A stretch of DNA of 64,000 bases from Raillietiella orientalis (taxonomy: Eukaryota): positions 682,001 through 746,000 of the forward strand of contig JAYWIR010000001.1 in assembly GCA_036172245.1 (NCBI GenBank), read 5' to 3'. The notes under the pieces were generated by a model. It did not search any database, was not told the origin of the DNA, and saw only the letters and a program-made list of their open reading frames with translations. The position numbers were made by a program, and so were the translations under genes. Shown one piece after another: positions 51,826 through 62,599 of the stretch (the stretch's first letter is position 1; each line of letters begins with the position of its first letter).

Positions 51826-52699
51826 GCTTTCGCTGATGCCCGGCGCGCACACGCTCGCCACCGCCGCTCCATTCGGTCGTAAATCACGCGGCAGCTGCGC
51901 CGCGCGCAATCCTTTGTCGTCGGGAAGCGCGGCATTGAGCGCCGGGAACGGCCACCGGCGCGCCCGGGTGAGAGGCGGCGGCAGCAGGGACGGTTCCTTT
52001 TTTTTTTTTTTTTTGTCATTTTCCGCGAAACGGCGAGTAATTGAAGCCCGGAGAGGGCGGGGGAACGGGAGGGAGGGGGTAAGAAAAAAAAAAAAAAAAA
52101 AAGAAGCAAACCCTCTCCCCCTTTCCCCCCCTTCCTTCCTTCCTTCCTTCCTTTTTCCGGGTTTTCCTTTTTTTTTTTTTTTTTTCCTTTTTGTGCTACT
52201 TTCGCGCGGATCGTTCCCACCGCGGTGAATGGATTCTGCCCGGTTCTCCCGCCAGAGGTCCCCGAATCCTCCGGGTGTCGCCTCAGCCGCCATTCCAATG
52301 AGGAGAGAGGCCGGTTGTTTGGGCTGATCCGGAAGAGCCAATTTGATGCCGATGGGCGAGATTGATGATGGAGGACGCGGGGAAGGAGGGGGCAGGTCGC
52401 GCCTTCCCTTTTTTGCCTTCCTCCCCGTTTCACCTCCCCCCCGTTTTTCCCGTCCCGGCAGCAGTCCGGGACGAAGACGGCGTAGGTCCGGGAGCGACGG
52501 CAGCAGCCGAATCCTCGCCGGACCGGAGGAATGCGCCTCTTTTCTGACGCTTCTGCTGGAGGACGGAAAGCAGGGAGGGGAGACGCGAATTTCGCGAGGG
52601 AACGAGGATTTTCGGGGGCGAATGCGTCGAGGCCTCCGACGGGACTGGTCGCGTGGGAAAGGCAGGCGCCCGGGGGCGCGTTCGTTCGTACCCGGAGAA

Positions 52700-53640
52700 A
52701 TCGGGGAGATCTCTCGAGGTCGTCCCGCGTATCACTCCTGGGAGGAGACGGGTCCAGCAGTGAAGAGTAGATGGAAAGGACCTCAAGCGCTTCGAGGAGA
52801 GCCCATCGAGGAGCCGAAGGAACGGCCAGCAGGGCTCTTCCTGCTCGGCCCCATGGGAAGATGTCCTCTCGCTTCCCGCCCCCCACAAAGCTGGGAATAG
52901 AGAGGCGCAGAGACGTGGAGGACGCCCACCGCCCCCGGCAGAGTCATAGACCACCACCTGATGACTTGGTCCGCTGTCCGCTCTTTTGGACTGGAGGGAG
53001 GAAGGGGTAAGGCGAGAGTGAAGCGAAGGTCGGATAGGGAAGGTGCGGGAGGAGCACCGCCGCTCGACTGCCCTGAGGTTCACCAAGCAGGGATGCGTTT
53101 CGTCAGAAGCGGGGAGAGGGAGAGAGAGGCACTCGTCCAGCACCGGAGCCGCTGTCCTCCAGGGAATAGCGGACCACCAGAGAGGGTCGGCGGGCCTCAG
53201 GAGCTGGTTCCCTGGGGCATATCGCCGCGACCCCTCATTGGCACCGTGGTGAAGGGCAAAACGAAGGTCAGGGGATGGGTGGAGGGGTCCGCGGCACAGG
53301 GAACAGAGCGCGGGTGGTCAAATCCAGAGGGCGAGTGAGGACGAGTAAAGTTTCCTCGGGAGTTTCCGGAGAAACTTCACTCCGCGGGATGCCCCCAGGA
53401 CCCGCTCGGAAGGTCTCCTTCGCTCTGGCCAGCAGACCCTGTAGCGGCAGGGATGAGACGAATGGTGGCCCCCAAGGGGCTCCGGTGGGGCATCTCCCGG
53501 GAGCGAAGGCGCCTCCTTACCGGCTTCGGACCGGCGGACGCCTGGCTCTTCCTTTCCTAAGGAAAAGATCATCCGCTCGCTTGAAGGTAGTGAGCTCAAT
53601 GAAGGTCACAAGGGACTGCCGGCCACAGCGAATGAGAGTA
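52700..53640 (+). mobile_element. Decayed NeSL/Utopia-like relic, 3' part
   Basis: QRRGGRPP, LFWTGGRK (cf. WTEARK), REEHRRSTALRFTKQG (cf. R..R...L...P.QG), ELVPWG, GETSLR (cf. GDTGLRPD). Confidence 0.5.
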
Positions 53641-53899
53641 AGTAGGAGGGAAGAGTGGGAGAGGGCAGAGTCACCCTCTGTCCTAGCGCTGCAGGCAGCA
53701 CGCCTGGGCCACAGCCCGGTCTGCACGCCTCAGGGGCTGCCGCTCTCCTTACGCGCGCGCCCTTCGCAGACAGTCGGCACGCTCCCTCCTCGCCTCGCCT
53801 GAGGGGAGACAAAGCAGCAGACGGGATGGAGGGGCACCGGGCGGAAGGGGAGGTGAGAGAAGAAAAAGAGGGAGAGGGAGAGGAGCGGAAAGGACCCAC

Positions 53900-54650
53900 C
53901 CGCGCGTGAACTCCCGAAGCGATGACTATCGGAGATAGCCCGTCGGATCGCAGCCTGCAGCATCCGGGAGTCCGAAGCCGCTCCTCCGCAGCGACTGTTT
54001 CCCCCCCGAATCGCTCCTGGGTTGACGTTCGAAATGACACCGGGACAAACGGGATGCACGTTGCGCCGCGTCCGGACGGGGGCGCGCCCCCGCAGGGAGC
54101 ATCTGCGCACATCTTCCCTGAATGACGCTGCTTAACTTTCCGAGCATCCCGTCCGCTCTCCGCCGTTGTTCCGCAGTTGCCGGACCACTGCCTCCCCGAT
54201 CTGATGCCCCACGTTTCCTCCCTGGACGGGTCTTTTTTTCCGGGGGAGGCGCAGCCGCTGCTGATAGACGGCGTGGCTGCTGACCCGAAAAGTTTTCGAG
54301 GGGGCGGAGGGAAGGGCGCTATCCCCGTTCTCATGTTTGTTTCGGAAGACACGAGGATTCCGCCGTGTCCGGGGAAGCGGTGTGCCCATAACTTCGGCTG
54401 CTGCTGCTGCTGTGCTGGAAGATGCGAGATGAGAGCCCAGGAACAGCGCCCTTCAAGTGGCCGAGAAACACCCGCAAACGTCCGTGCTGGAACCACAGGT
54501 CGAGGCGGCCGCAATGAGCCAAGCAGCAGCAAATAAGGGAAGGCGGATAAGGCCGCGAACTGAAAGGTCCAGTGTGGTCCGTAAGACGGACTCAGTCGCT
54601 CTCCCCTTCGGAGCTGCCTACCTCCCTTTCCCTTCTCAAGTTCCCTCGAC
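53900..54650 (-). mobile_element. Possible decayed RT fragment of the same family
   Basis: EGRCSWAL, FPGHGGILVSSE and SGCASP occur in the order expected for QGCPLS / AYADDLVL / KCASL. Weak. Confidence 0.35.
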
Positions 54651-54685
54651 CAGGTCGTTAGGGAAACCCTCGAATGCTCTCACAT

Positions 54686-54923
54686 AGAGGAGAGGAAGAA
54701 GAAGAAGGGTGGAAGGGGAGAAAAGGAGCAGGAGGAGGAATTGGAAGGGAAAAATGAGAAAAGAAAGAAGAAGAGGAGGAGGAGGAGAGAAGCAAGAGGA
54801 AGAGGAATGGAAAGGGGGAGGATGTGAGGAAGAGGATTATGGAAGGAGGAAGGAATAAAAGAAAGAAGAGGAGGAAGGAGGGGGAAAGGAGGGAAAAAAA
54901 AGAAGGAATAGGAAGAAGGAAGG
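54686..54923 (+). repeat. Polypurine tract
   Basis: A/G mosaic on the plus strand, abutting the right arm of the inverted repeat. Confidence 0.9.
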
Positions 54924-54924
54924 G

Positions 54925-56370
54925 TCAGCTACTCCCTGGAGGACAGCGGCTCCGGTGCTGGACGAGTGCCTCTCTCTCCCTCTCCCCGCTTCTGACGAAA
55001 CGCATCCCTGCTTGGTGAACCTCAGGGCAGTCGAGCGGCGGTGCTCCTCCCGCACCTTCCCTATCCGACCTTCGCTTCACTCTCGCCTTACCCCTTCCTC
55101 CCTCCAGTCCAAAAGAGCGGACAGCGGACCAAGTCATCAGGTGGTGGTCTATGACTCTGCCGGGGGCGGTGGGCGTCCTCCACGTCTCTGCGCCTCTCTA
55201 TTCCCAGCTTCGTGGGTGGCAGGAAGCAAGAAGACAGCGGCCTCGGTGCCAGGAGGGAGGATCCTGTGCAGGGGATGTGCCACCGCCGGATGAATGAGGA
55301 ACTCGACTTCGGCAGCAGGAATGCTGAGGCCGGATAGACCTGCAGACCTCGCGCTCCTCGTCATCTGCTGGAAGTCTGGCATGGTCACGCGCGCCACTGC
55401 ACGAAAGCGCCGGCAGACAGATGGGTCTGTCGGGAGCGATGCCTCTTGTCGTTTCCAGGGCGATGCCATGGATCAGGATTCGTTGCATCCGCGGACGGAG
55501 GGTGGCGCGCGAGCTCCCCAAAAGACGGCCGCCTCCGGAGTGAGAACATGGCCGCTTGAGCCTACGGAGGAACAAGGGGCGCTTATATGTCCTCGCCTGC
55601 TCGGCTCCTAGTTCTCGGGTCGATTCTTTCTGCTGGTTGACCTTTCCGCCTCGAGGAGGCAGTTCGGAGGTCGAAGGGGAAGGAGCTCGACATCGCGAGA
55701 AAAATCTCCCAGCTTCCCTGCTGCTCCTCCCCTGGACTATTCCTCTGCGGGCAGATCGCAAACCTACCGGACGAAGACTTCATCCCAGCGTTCTTCAGTG
55801 TCTGTATGGAGACAGGCTCGCCCGCTTTCCTTCTCCCCCATAGCTCCGGCAAGCCGCGACCTTGAGACCGAGCTGCCTCTCCCTTCGTGGGACGCGAGAG
55901 AGCTTGCGAGTGTACTGTGCGAAGGTGTCCAGGCGGCCGGGGCACTCAGGCCGCGGGTATTCGGCTGCTCTCCCCCACGTTCAGGAGGGAAATTTCACCG
56001 GGTCTTCTCGGACGGACGACCGGGGAGACCCTCGGTCGCTTCACCACCGGCGGTACCGCGGGGAAGAGCGCACAGCGTCCTCGATGCCCGGAGCAGCGAG
56101 GACGAGGCGGTTTCTCGGTAGAAAAGCCCCCACGCTACCGCGCCACAAGCCACCAGCGTTCCTCCTAGTCTCCCCACTACCAAGCCCAGCTTCCGGGTCG
56201 ACGATACCACGGCGCGCGCCTGCGCGGGACACGAGGAGTGCGCACCCCGCTGGCGAGTAAAAGTGTCCTCTCCCGCGTAGCGGACGAGCAACGAGCGGCT
56301 CTTGCAGGAGAGGACACTTCCGGGAACGGCGGGATTTGTTGCCTCCGTCCTCGGGACGCTCCGTTAAAGG
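54925..56370 (-). mobile_element. Decayed NeSL/Utopia-like relic (RT and post-RT)
   Basis: IVDPEAG, LWRGSVGAFLPR (cf. W..S...FIPK), RSQG, QRILIHGIA/PWKRQEA (cf. KIL.S.LAPWQRLDA, one frameshift), GLSIPAAE (cf. GIP.AAE). Confidence 0.62.
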
Positions 56371-56377
56371 CAAGCAT

Positions 56378-56660
56378 CCTTTCTCTCTCTTCGTCCTCCC
56401 TTCGTCTTCCTCCTCTTCTCTTCCTCTATTTGTCTTCTTTCTCTTCTTCTCCTCTTCTTGCTCTTTCTTCCTTCTTTTGTCCTCTTCCACTTTCTTCTCT
56501 TCCTTCCTTCTTCTTCGTCATCTTTCTTCCTCCTTTTGTCCTCCTTCTCTTCCTTCCTTCCTTCTTCTATACCTCTTTTCCATTCCTTCCTCCCCCTCTC
56601 CATCTTCTCTTCTTCCTTTGCTCTTCTTTCTCGACCTCTACTCCTCTTCTTTTTCCCTTC
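56378..56660 (-). repeat. Polypurine tract on minus strand (polypyrimidine on +)
   Basis: C/T mosaic on the plus strand. Confidence 0.9.
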
Positions 56661-56669
56661 GGTCCTGTG

Positions 56670-57650
56670 AAAACGGTCTTTTCTCTGCACGCTGGCATTG
56701 CCGGGACTGGGGACGCCGACCGCTTCTGTGGGCGCCGACGGATGCAGGCAGTCGACGCTGCTGCTGGTGCGCGTCTTGCATTGGCCGCGCTTCCTGGCAA
56801 AGTCAGTTTCATCCTGGGCCAAAGTCGAAGGTCCTCCGCGCAGGAGGTCTCAGTCCTGGGACCAGGAAAGCAAAACTGAAATACCAAGATATTATGCTGT
56901 AACATTCCAGTTACAAGATTTAACATGGATGCAGCGATAATCTTCTCTGATTTTTAATATTCTTCGACCTTCTGGAAGCTCCCCTATTCCACCGTGGAGC
57001 AGGGGGGAGGGGGGAAGCCGACCGAAGGCGCGGTTTCCGTTCGCCCACGCGCTGAGCGTTGCCTCGGGCTGCATGTCCGTCGTTCGGCTTGGTGGGGGCG
57101 CCGATCGGCGGTCTCCGGAAAGGGTCCCAGTCAGCCGCACCCTGCTGCATGCTGGCAGCGCTGCCTCTGCTCCCCCCTTTTTCCCCCTTCCCGAAAGGCA
57201 TAGGTCGCCGGAGGTGCTGGGTCGTTGGAGGCCGGCGGAAAGCAAATCCTCAGCCTCTCGCGAGCGGAAGGCCCCGAGGCGCGCGGTGCGGCGCCTCGAG
57301 CGCCGTCCGGTCGCACGTTCCCTGAGCCGTCCCGCAGCCGCGGGCTGCCCCGGCAGGAAGGGCATCCCCAAACAGCCATGTTCCTTCCTCATCTGCATAA
57401 CGGGATCCGCTCGCGGTTCCGTCACCGGGGCGGGGGCGCGTGGTTCCGGGGGACTCTGCCCACCTCCCGCCTCTTCCCAGCTAAGCGAGAGAGCGGGCGG
57501 GGCGTCGGCGGAGAAGAGGACCTGGTCCAGCTTGGCAGACGACGGCGAGGATCACCTGGTCCACGCATGCGAATATCGGTTATTCGGGAGGGCTGCGGGC
57601 ACAACTTGCAGCACCTTCGGGAGCTTCGTCTTCCGGGAGTCCGCTTCCGG
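56670..57650 (-). mobile_element. Decayed NeSL/Utopia-like relic fragment
   Basis: LPSWTR, RKEHGCLGMP (cf. YLYG.RK.GC.GIP), EDLLSAG (cf. .YLSG). Confidence 0.55.
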
Positions 57651-58399
57651 CTAGCAAGAGGAGGGAGGGAAAGGGGGAAGGGGAGGTGGCAGGCAAGCAG
57701 GGGGAAGAGGTAGGGTGGAGGAAGGGGAATTTTTTTGTCTTTCGTTTTTTTTTTTTTTTTTTTTTTCCCTCTGACCCTTCTGTCCATTAGCCGGTGGGTG
57801 ATTCACCTGCATGGCGCATTCTCATTCAGCGCGCGCCTTTTCCTTTCATTACGCACCCCACGGGCTCTTTCACCCTTTTATGGGTTTCCGAAAAACTGTC
57901 AAAGCCGCCGCGCGGTCGGTTTTGTCGTGGACCGCGGAAAAAAGGCGTCTGCTGAGCGCCTGCGTACGTTTCAATTTGCAGATGTTCGCAGCGCCGCCTG
58001 CGAGGGAAAAAACAAAACAAAACAAAAAAAAAGACAGACGGATGGAGGACGGACAAAGAAAGAAAGGAAGAGGAAAAAAATAGAAATGGCCCGTATCCAC
58101 CAATAAGCGTGACCTCCAATTCACGGCATTTGAAACGATGCCGTTAATAGGCAAGGGGTGAATGCTGTTTGATTTTCATCTGTTTCATTTAGCCATTCCG
58201 CAAACAATGCGACCGGAGTCAGTTCATTAAAAAGGCAAAGGACACGCACGCGCACACGCACAAAAAAAAAAAAAAAAAAAGAGATTAAAAAAAAAAAGAA
58301 AGAGGAGGAGAGGAGAGAGGACGAGTAACTGGTGCATAGCGCCGCGCGCCCCTTGTCCGCCATTAATCCTTAAACGCTACTTTCAATCCTTTATTCACA

Positions 58400-58785
58400 G
58401 CGGTGGGGAAACTCGATAGCGCATTCACCGGGAATCCCCGACAAAAAAGTTCCGGATTCTTCTCGCCGCGCGGCCATGCGGAACAAGTGCCATCTACGGC
58501 GGCGGGAGTCCTGCCGACGCACCAGGACCGGAGGCGGCGCGCGCGCTCCCGACCCCGAGCCTGCCCTGCAACCCGAAACCCAGCGCCGAGGGCGCTCGCC
58601 CAGATTCTGGGTCGGCGACACCGCGGCGCGCGCCTGCGCGGGACACGAGGAGCGCGCACCCCGCTGGCGCGTAAAAGTGTCCCCTCCCGCGTAGCGGACG
58701 AGCAACGAGCGGTTCTTGCGGGAGAGGACACTTCCGGGAACGGCGGGATTTGTTGCCTCCGTCCTCGGGACGCTCCGTTAAAGGC
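58400..58785 (-). mobile_element. Short NeSL/Utopia-like relic (RT start)
   Basis: Near-identical to 56196-56370. Peptides VADPES and AWPRGEKNPELFCRGFP (cf. W.....LS..QKGF.P). Confidence 0.55.
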
Positions 58786-58789
58786 AAGC

Positions 58790-59017
58790 ATCCTTTCTCT
58801 CTCTTCGTCCTCCCTTCGTCTTCCTCCTCTTCTCTTCCTCTATTTGTCCTCCTCCTTCTCCTTTTCCTCATCCTCTCTTCCTCCTCCTCCCTTCCTTCAG
58901 TTCTTCTTTTCTTCCTTCTTCTCCCTTCTTCTCCTCTTCTCCTTCCCCTCTTCTCCTTCCTTTGTCCTCCCCTTCCTCTTCCTCTTCTTGCTTCCTTGTT
59001 TCCTCTTCTTTCCTTCC
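58790..59017 (-). repeat. Polypurine tract on minus strand (polypyrimidine on +)
   Basis: C/T mosaic on the plus strand. Confidence 0.9.
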
Positions 59018-59019
59018 AG

Positions 59020-61100
59020 ACCCATCGTGTGGACGACGGCCGTCTGCTGCATGGAACCTTTTCGGATCTCGGGGGTCAGCGAGGCAAAATAATGGTGGGG
59101 ATGGGGGAAAAGATATTACACTCCAGTTCGTCCGGGGGATCCCTTTCCGGGTCCCCGTTTGCAGAGGGGCGCTCGCTCGCCAATGTACCTGGAGTCTCAC
59201 CGCGACGGCCAGTGGGCGCTTGGGTGCGGATGCGTCCAAAAGTCCTGCCTTTCCTGCAGCGATTGCCAGAAGGGCCGTGAGCGCCGGGAAAGCCCATGTG
59301 AGAGAAGGGAGCAAGCTCGGAGGTGATTCTGAGGCGGGCGAACGTCCCGGACGGCCATTGCCCGCTAGGAAGAAGGAGAAGGGTCAGTGGTGGACTGGAA
59401 CCTGCAGATAGGGCGGAGAGGGGACTTACGATCCGTCCTCCCCTGACGGCCTTGGGGAAGACGCGTCAACCTGGAGCCGCGGTAACGCCACTCCTGTAGG
59501 AGGTCCGTGGCTTCGAGAGAGCGGAAGCTCCACCATTCCAGCTGAGGTCAGGGGGAGGGAAGACTCAATCCCCCTTGTGTGTTCAAACCGAGCTCATTGA
59601 GGCCAAGGGTTTCGCGGAACGGAAGAGTCGATCCGGAAGGCACCGTTTGCGGAATGGGTTCCACCCCACGCCGCACCCCTCGCTGGACAGCGGAGCTTCC
59701 TCCGCTCCCGCCCGGAGGAAATGACCCCCCGGTCAGAGTGGAGAGGCTACTCGCAGCCGGCAAGGAAGTGACGCTCGTTGCACCCTCCACGGCTGCCGGT
59801 CCACATTACGGGCTCAGCTGGTTCCTCGGTGGGAGGTCCATCCCCAACTCTTGGGTGGAACCCCTGAAAAATGGCGGCGGTCTCCCTAACCTGTGAGCGG
59901 AAACAACTGGTTCGCGGGAGATGCTCGAAGGAACCCCTCGCGGCTGCGGTCCATGGACCGTGCCTCCAGCATCCGGCGGGAGAGGGACGGACGTGTGCCG
60001 TGGCGCGAAAGGCTAAGGAGCGCGCCACGAGCTGTGTCAGTGTGATGCGGCCGCATTCCTCGGGTCGCTGGGCCCAGCAACCAAGTCGAGCGCTCACGAG
60101 CCGGAAGGAGTGGGAAGTGGAGCTCCCCCTCCCCCTCCTTCCGCTCGCTGACCTCCAGTAGGCCTTCCTCGGCCTCCAGTCCGCCCTAAGGCACGCGTGG
60201 CCGCATCCCGATGCTGCGGTGGCGGCGTTGCGGAGGCACAGGAAAGGCGTGGAGGGGGCCGCGTTGCGGGCAGGGTAGGGGCATGGCCTCTACGGCAGCC
60301 CGGCGAGGACCGTCGCTACCCGGTCCGCCCTTCCTTTCCTGCCCTCTGCCCCTTCCCTTACGCTGGGACTGAGCCCGCAGCTTCCGTAAGATGGGGGACG
60401 GGGGACGCATCCATGAGTTGGCCACGTCACTGCTCCAGGGCGGAGCGGATCGTTCCCGGCCTCTCGTGCTTGAACGAGAAGAAAACGCCCGAAGGTTGAA
60501 CTTTTTCATCCCGGATGGCTCCCCACCACCACCTAAAAAAAAAAAAAAAAATGAAAGCAGGAGCCAGCCCGAAACCAAAGGGCGGGCCCAGTCGTTGCTG
60601 CGACAGAACAGTGAAAGGCGTGAGAGAATGGGACTGTTGATGACCCTGATCCCTGAGGGACTGGGTCGCCAAGGGAAAGGAAGGGAAATGCGCTCCCTGG
60701 ATCCGAGCTAGCCCACTCGCGGTGGTCCAGAGTCTGCATCCCGCATCCCTTCAGATTGCACCGCTTCCTTCGCATCTTCAGATAAATAGGGCGCTGGCAG
60801 ACACCGCGCTCCCTGCTAACCTTGTGGCAGACAACCTTCCGCCCTCGGGGGACGAAAAATCGCAAAGTTCCCCCTCGTGGTCTCTTCGACTCGCCTCTGC
60901 GCGGGTCCAGAGCTGGGTCTCCGGGCTGTGGCTTCGCTTGCCGGCCCTGCTCATCCCACCGAAGCAGGAAAGGAGGACGGCCCCATGGGTCCTTTGACAA
61001 AAAGAGCTGCCCGGGACCGCCTTGGACACCCTGGGGCCTCACGCAGGAGGAGATCCTCCCACGTGGAGAGATGCACGCCCGTGCAAAGGTCCGCTGACTG
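59020..61100 (+). mobile_element. Decayed NeSL/Utopia-like relic
   Basis: AWVRMRPKVLPFLQRLPEG, LNPPCVFK (cf. LSPLLFN), RLLAAGKEVTLVAPS (cf. ILAYADDLVL.A.S), NARRLN, LHPASLQIAPL (cf. IHRARLNLLPL). Confidence 0.58.
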
Positions 61101-62227
61101 TCCTGCAGGTCGAATCCGGATGCAGATTACCGTGGGAACTCCCGGGAAGGTCCTTCTGAAAGGCTGTTGTAGGAAAGACCACGGCAGAGGCCCAAGGGTC
61201 TTCTCTAACCGCGCGCCAGATCTCCACAGATTCGGGAGAGGTGACAGAAACCTTCACAGAGCAGAAAGCTGCCGGCCTTCGCCTTCACGTGCAGAGGGCG
61301 GAGCACGCCGCCAGCTTCCCTTTTGGACCGGAGGAGTCAGCCGAGGCGACCGCTTCGTCCGGTCCGCCGCTTCGCCTCCGGGCAAAGTCCGGAAGGGCTC
61401 TCTAAGCGAGTCCGAGTGGGACGGGTGGCGGTGCCCGTCCTCGGTTGCACGGGCCGCCCACTCCGCAGTCCGCCGCGCATCCTCAGCATCCGGGGAGACG
61501 CCCGCTGGGCAGACCCTTCCGGAATGCACTTCTTCCCTCTTCCTCCTTTCTCCCCCTCTTTCTTCCTTCCCTCCTCCTCGTCCTCCACTTTACTTCTCCT
61601 TCTCCCTTTCTTCGCAGAGAGAGTGGGATCACAGTCTCTGCCTGGGAGCGCGCGAGGAGATGGCGCTACTGACGCCGGACCGGGATGCAGCAAACCGTTG
61701 AAAGATTATCTGGGACGACACGCGGGAAAAAAAGAGGGAGGGACGGAATTCCGTTTCAAGATGAGACCATTTGATTTGCTTGTTTTCCGATCTTTCAATT
61801 TAAGAGCGATAACAGCCCTGGGGTGGATGGAAACTGGCGGCGGGCCTCCTCCTCCTCCCACGTGCAGCTGCTGCCGCCTGCTTTCAAACAACGCGAGTAC
61901 AGAGCTGATCCCCGCTCCGGCATCCTAGCTTCCCCCCACACGTCTCTTTCTTCCCGCTTTTTTTCCTTCTTTGTTGATGTCGGTTCTTTTTTTCGTTGTT
62001 GCTTTTTTTCATGGACTTCCTTTTCCGGACTTGGAGCTCCGAATGCCACCTGACGAGATCGCAGAATCCCAGCCGCGGGAAAGTACCCGAGCGGATCTGC
62101 CGCCGGAGATCTACCGTGGCCTTCAGCCCACATCCACCCCGCTCCATGGACACTCAAGCAATAGTCCAAGCGAGAGCGGGTGGGGCTCTCTAGGCCGATG
62201 CTGCTCGCTTTCATCTGAGATGCAGCT

Positions 62228-62388
62228 GGAAAAGGGGTAGAAGAGTAGGAGGGGGAAAGGAAGAGGAGGGATGGAAAGGAGAAGGAGGAAGGGAGGAGAA
62301 GGAAAAGCGGAAGAGAAAAGGAGGAGAAAGAGGAAGGAAAGAGGACGAGGAAGGGAGGAAAGGAGAAGGAAGGAACGAGGAGGAAGGC
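62228..62388 (+). repeat. Polypurine tract
   Basis: A/G mosaic on the plus strand. Confidence 0.9.
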
Positions 62389-62599
62389 CATGCTTCGTTC
62401 ATGAGGCGCTGTCGATGAGGATGCGAAGGAAGCTGTTGCTGACAGGTAAGCTGATAGGAGGAGGAAGGGAGGATCGGCAAAGGAATGGTCCACGTTCACT
62501 GGCATGCATTTTCGTTTTGGGCGCACAGAGATGAGTCTGGTGAACGCCTTTGTCGAGTCCCCCTGACACAGCAGACTTCTTCCTCTTCCTCTCCACCCT

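Larger units (their letters stand above)
52862..55236. repeat. Inverted repeat, arms 52862-53175 and 54922-55236, spacer ~1.75 kb
   Basis: The ~280-bp core is an essentially exact reverse complement; the outer ~25 bp are mismatched. Identical peptides appear on opposite strands in the ORF track. Confidence 0.95.
56196..58847. repeat. Direct repeat ~240 bp: 56196-56434 and 58608-58847
   Basis: Near-identical sequence with few substitutions; both copies run into polypyrimidine tracts. Confidence 0.95.

Noticed and set aside
56370-59019. Pyrimidine tracts as GC-AG introns (AAAG|gcaagc...ttccag)
   Set aside because: Only one copy has an AG acceptor, and the flanks do not join into a coherent ORF.
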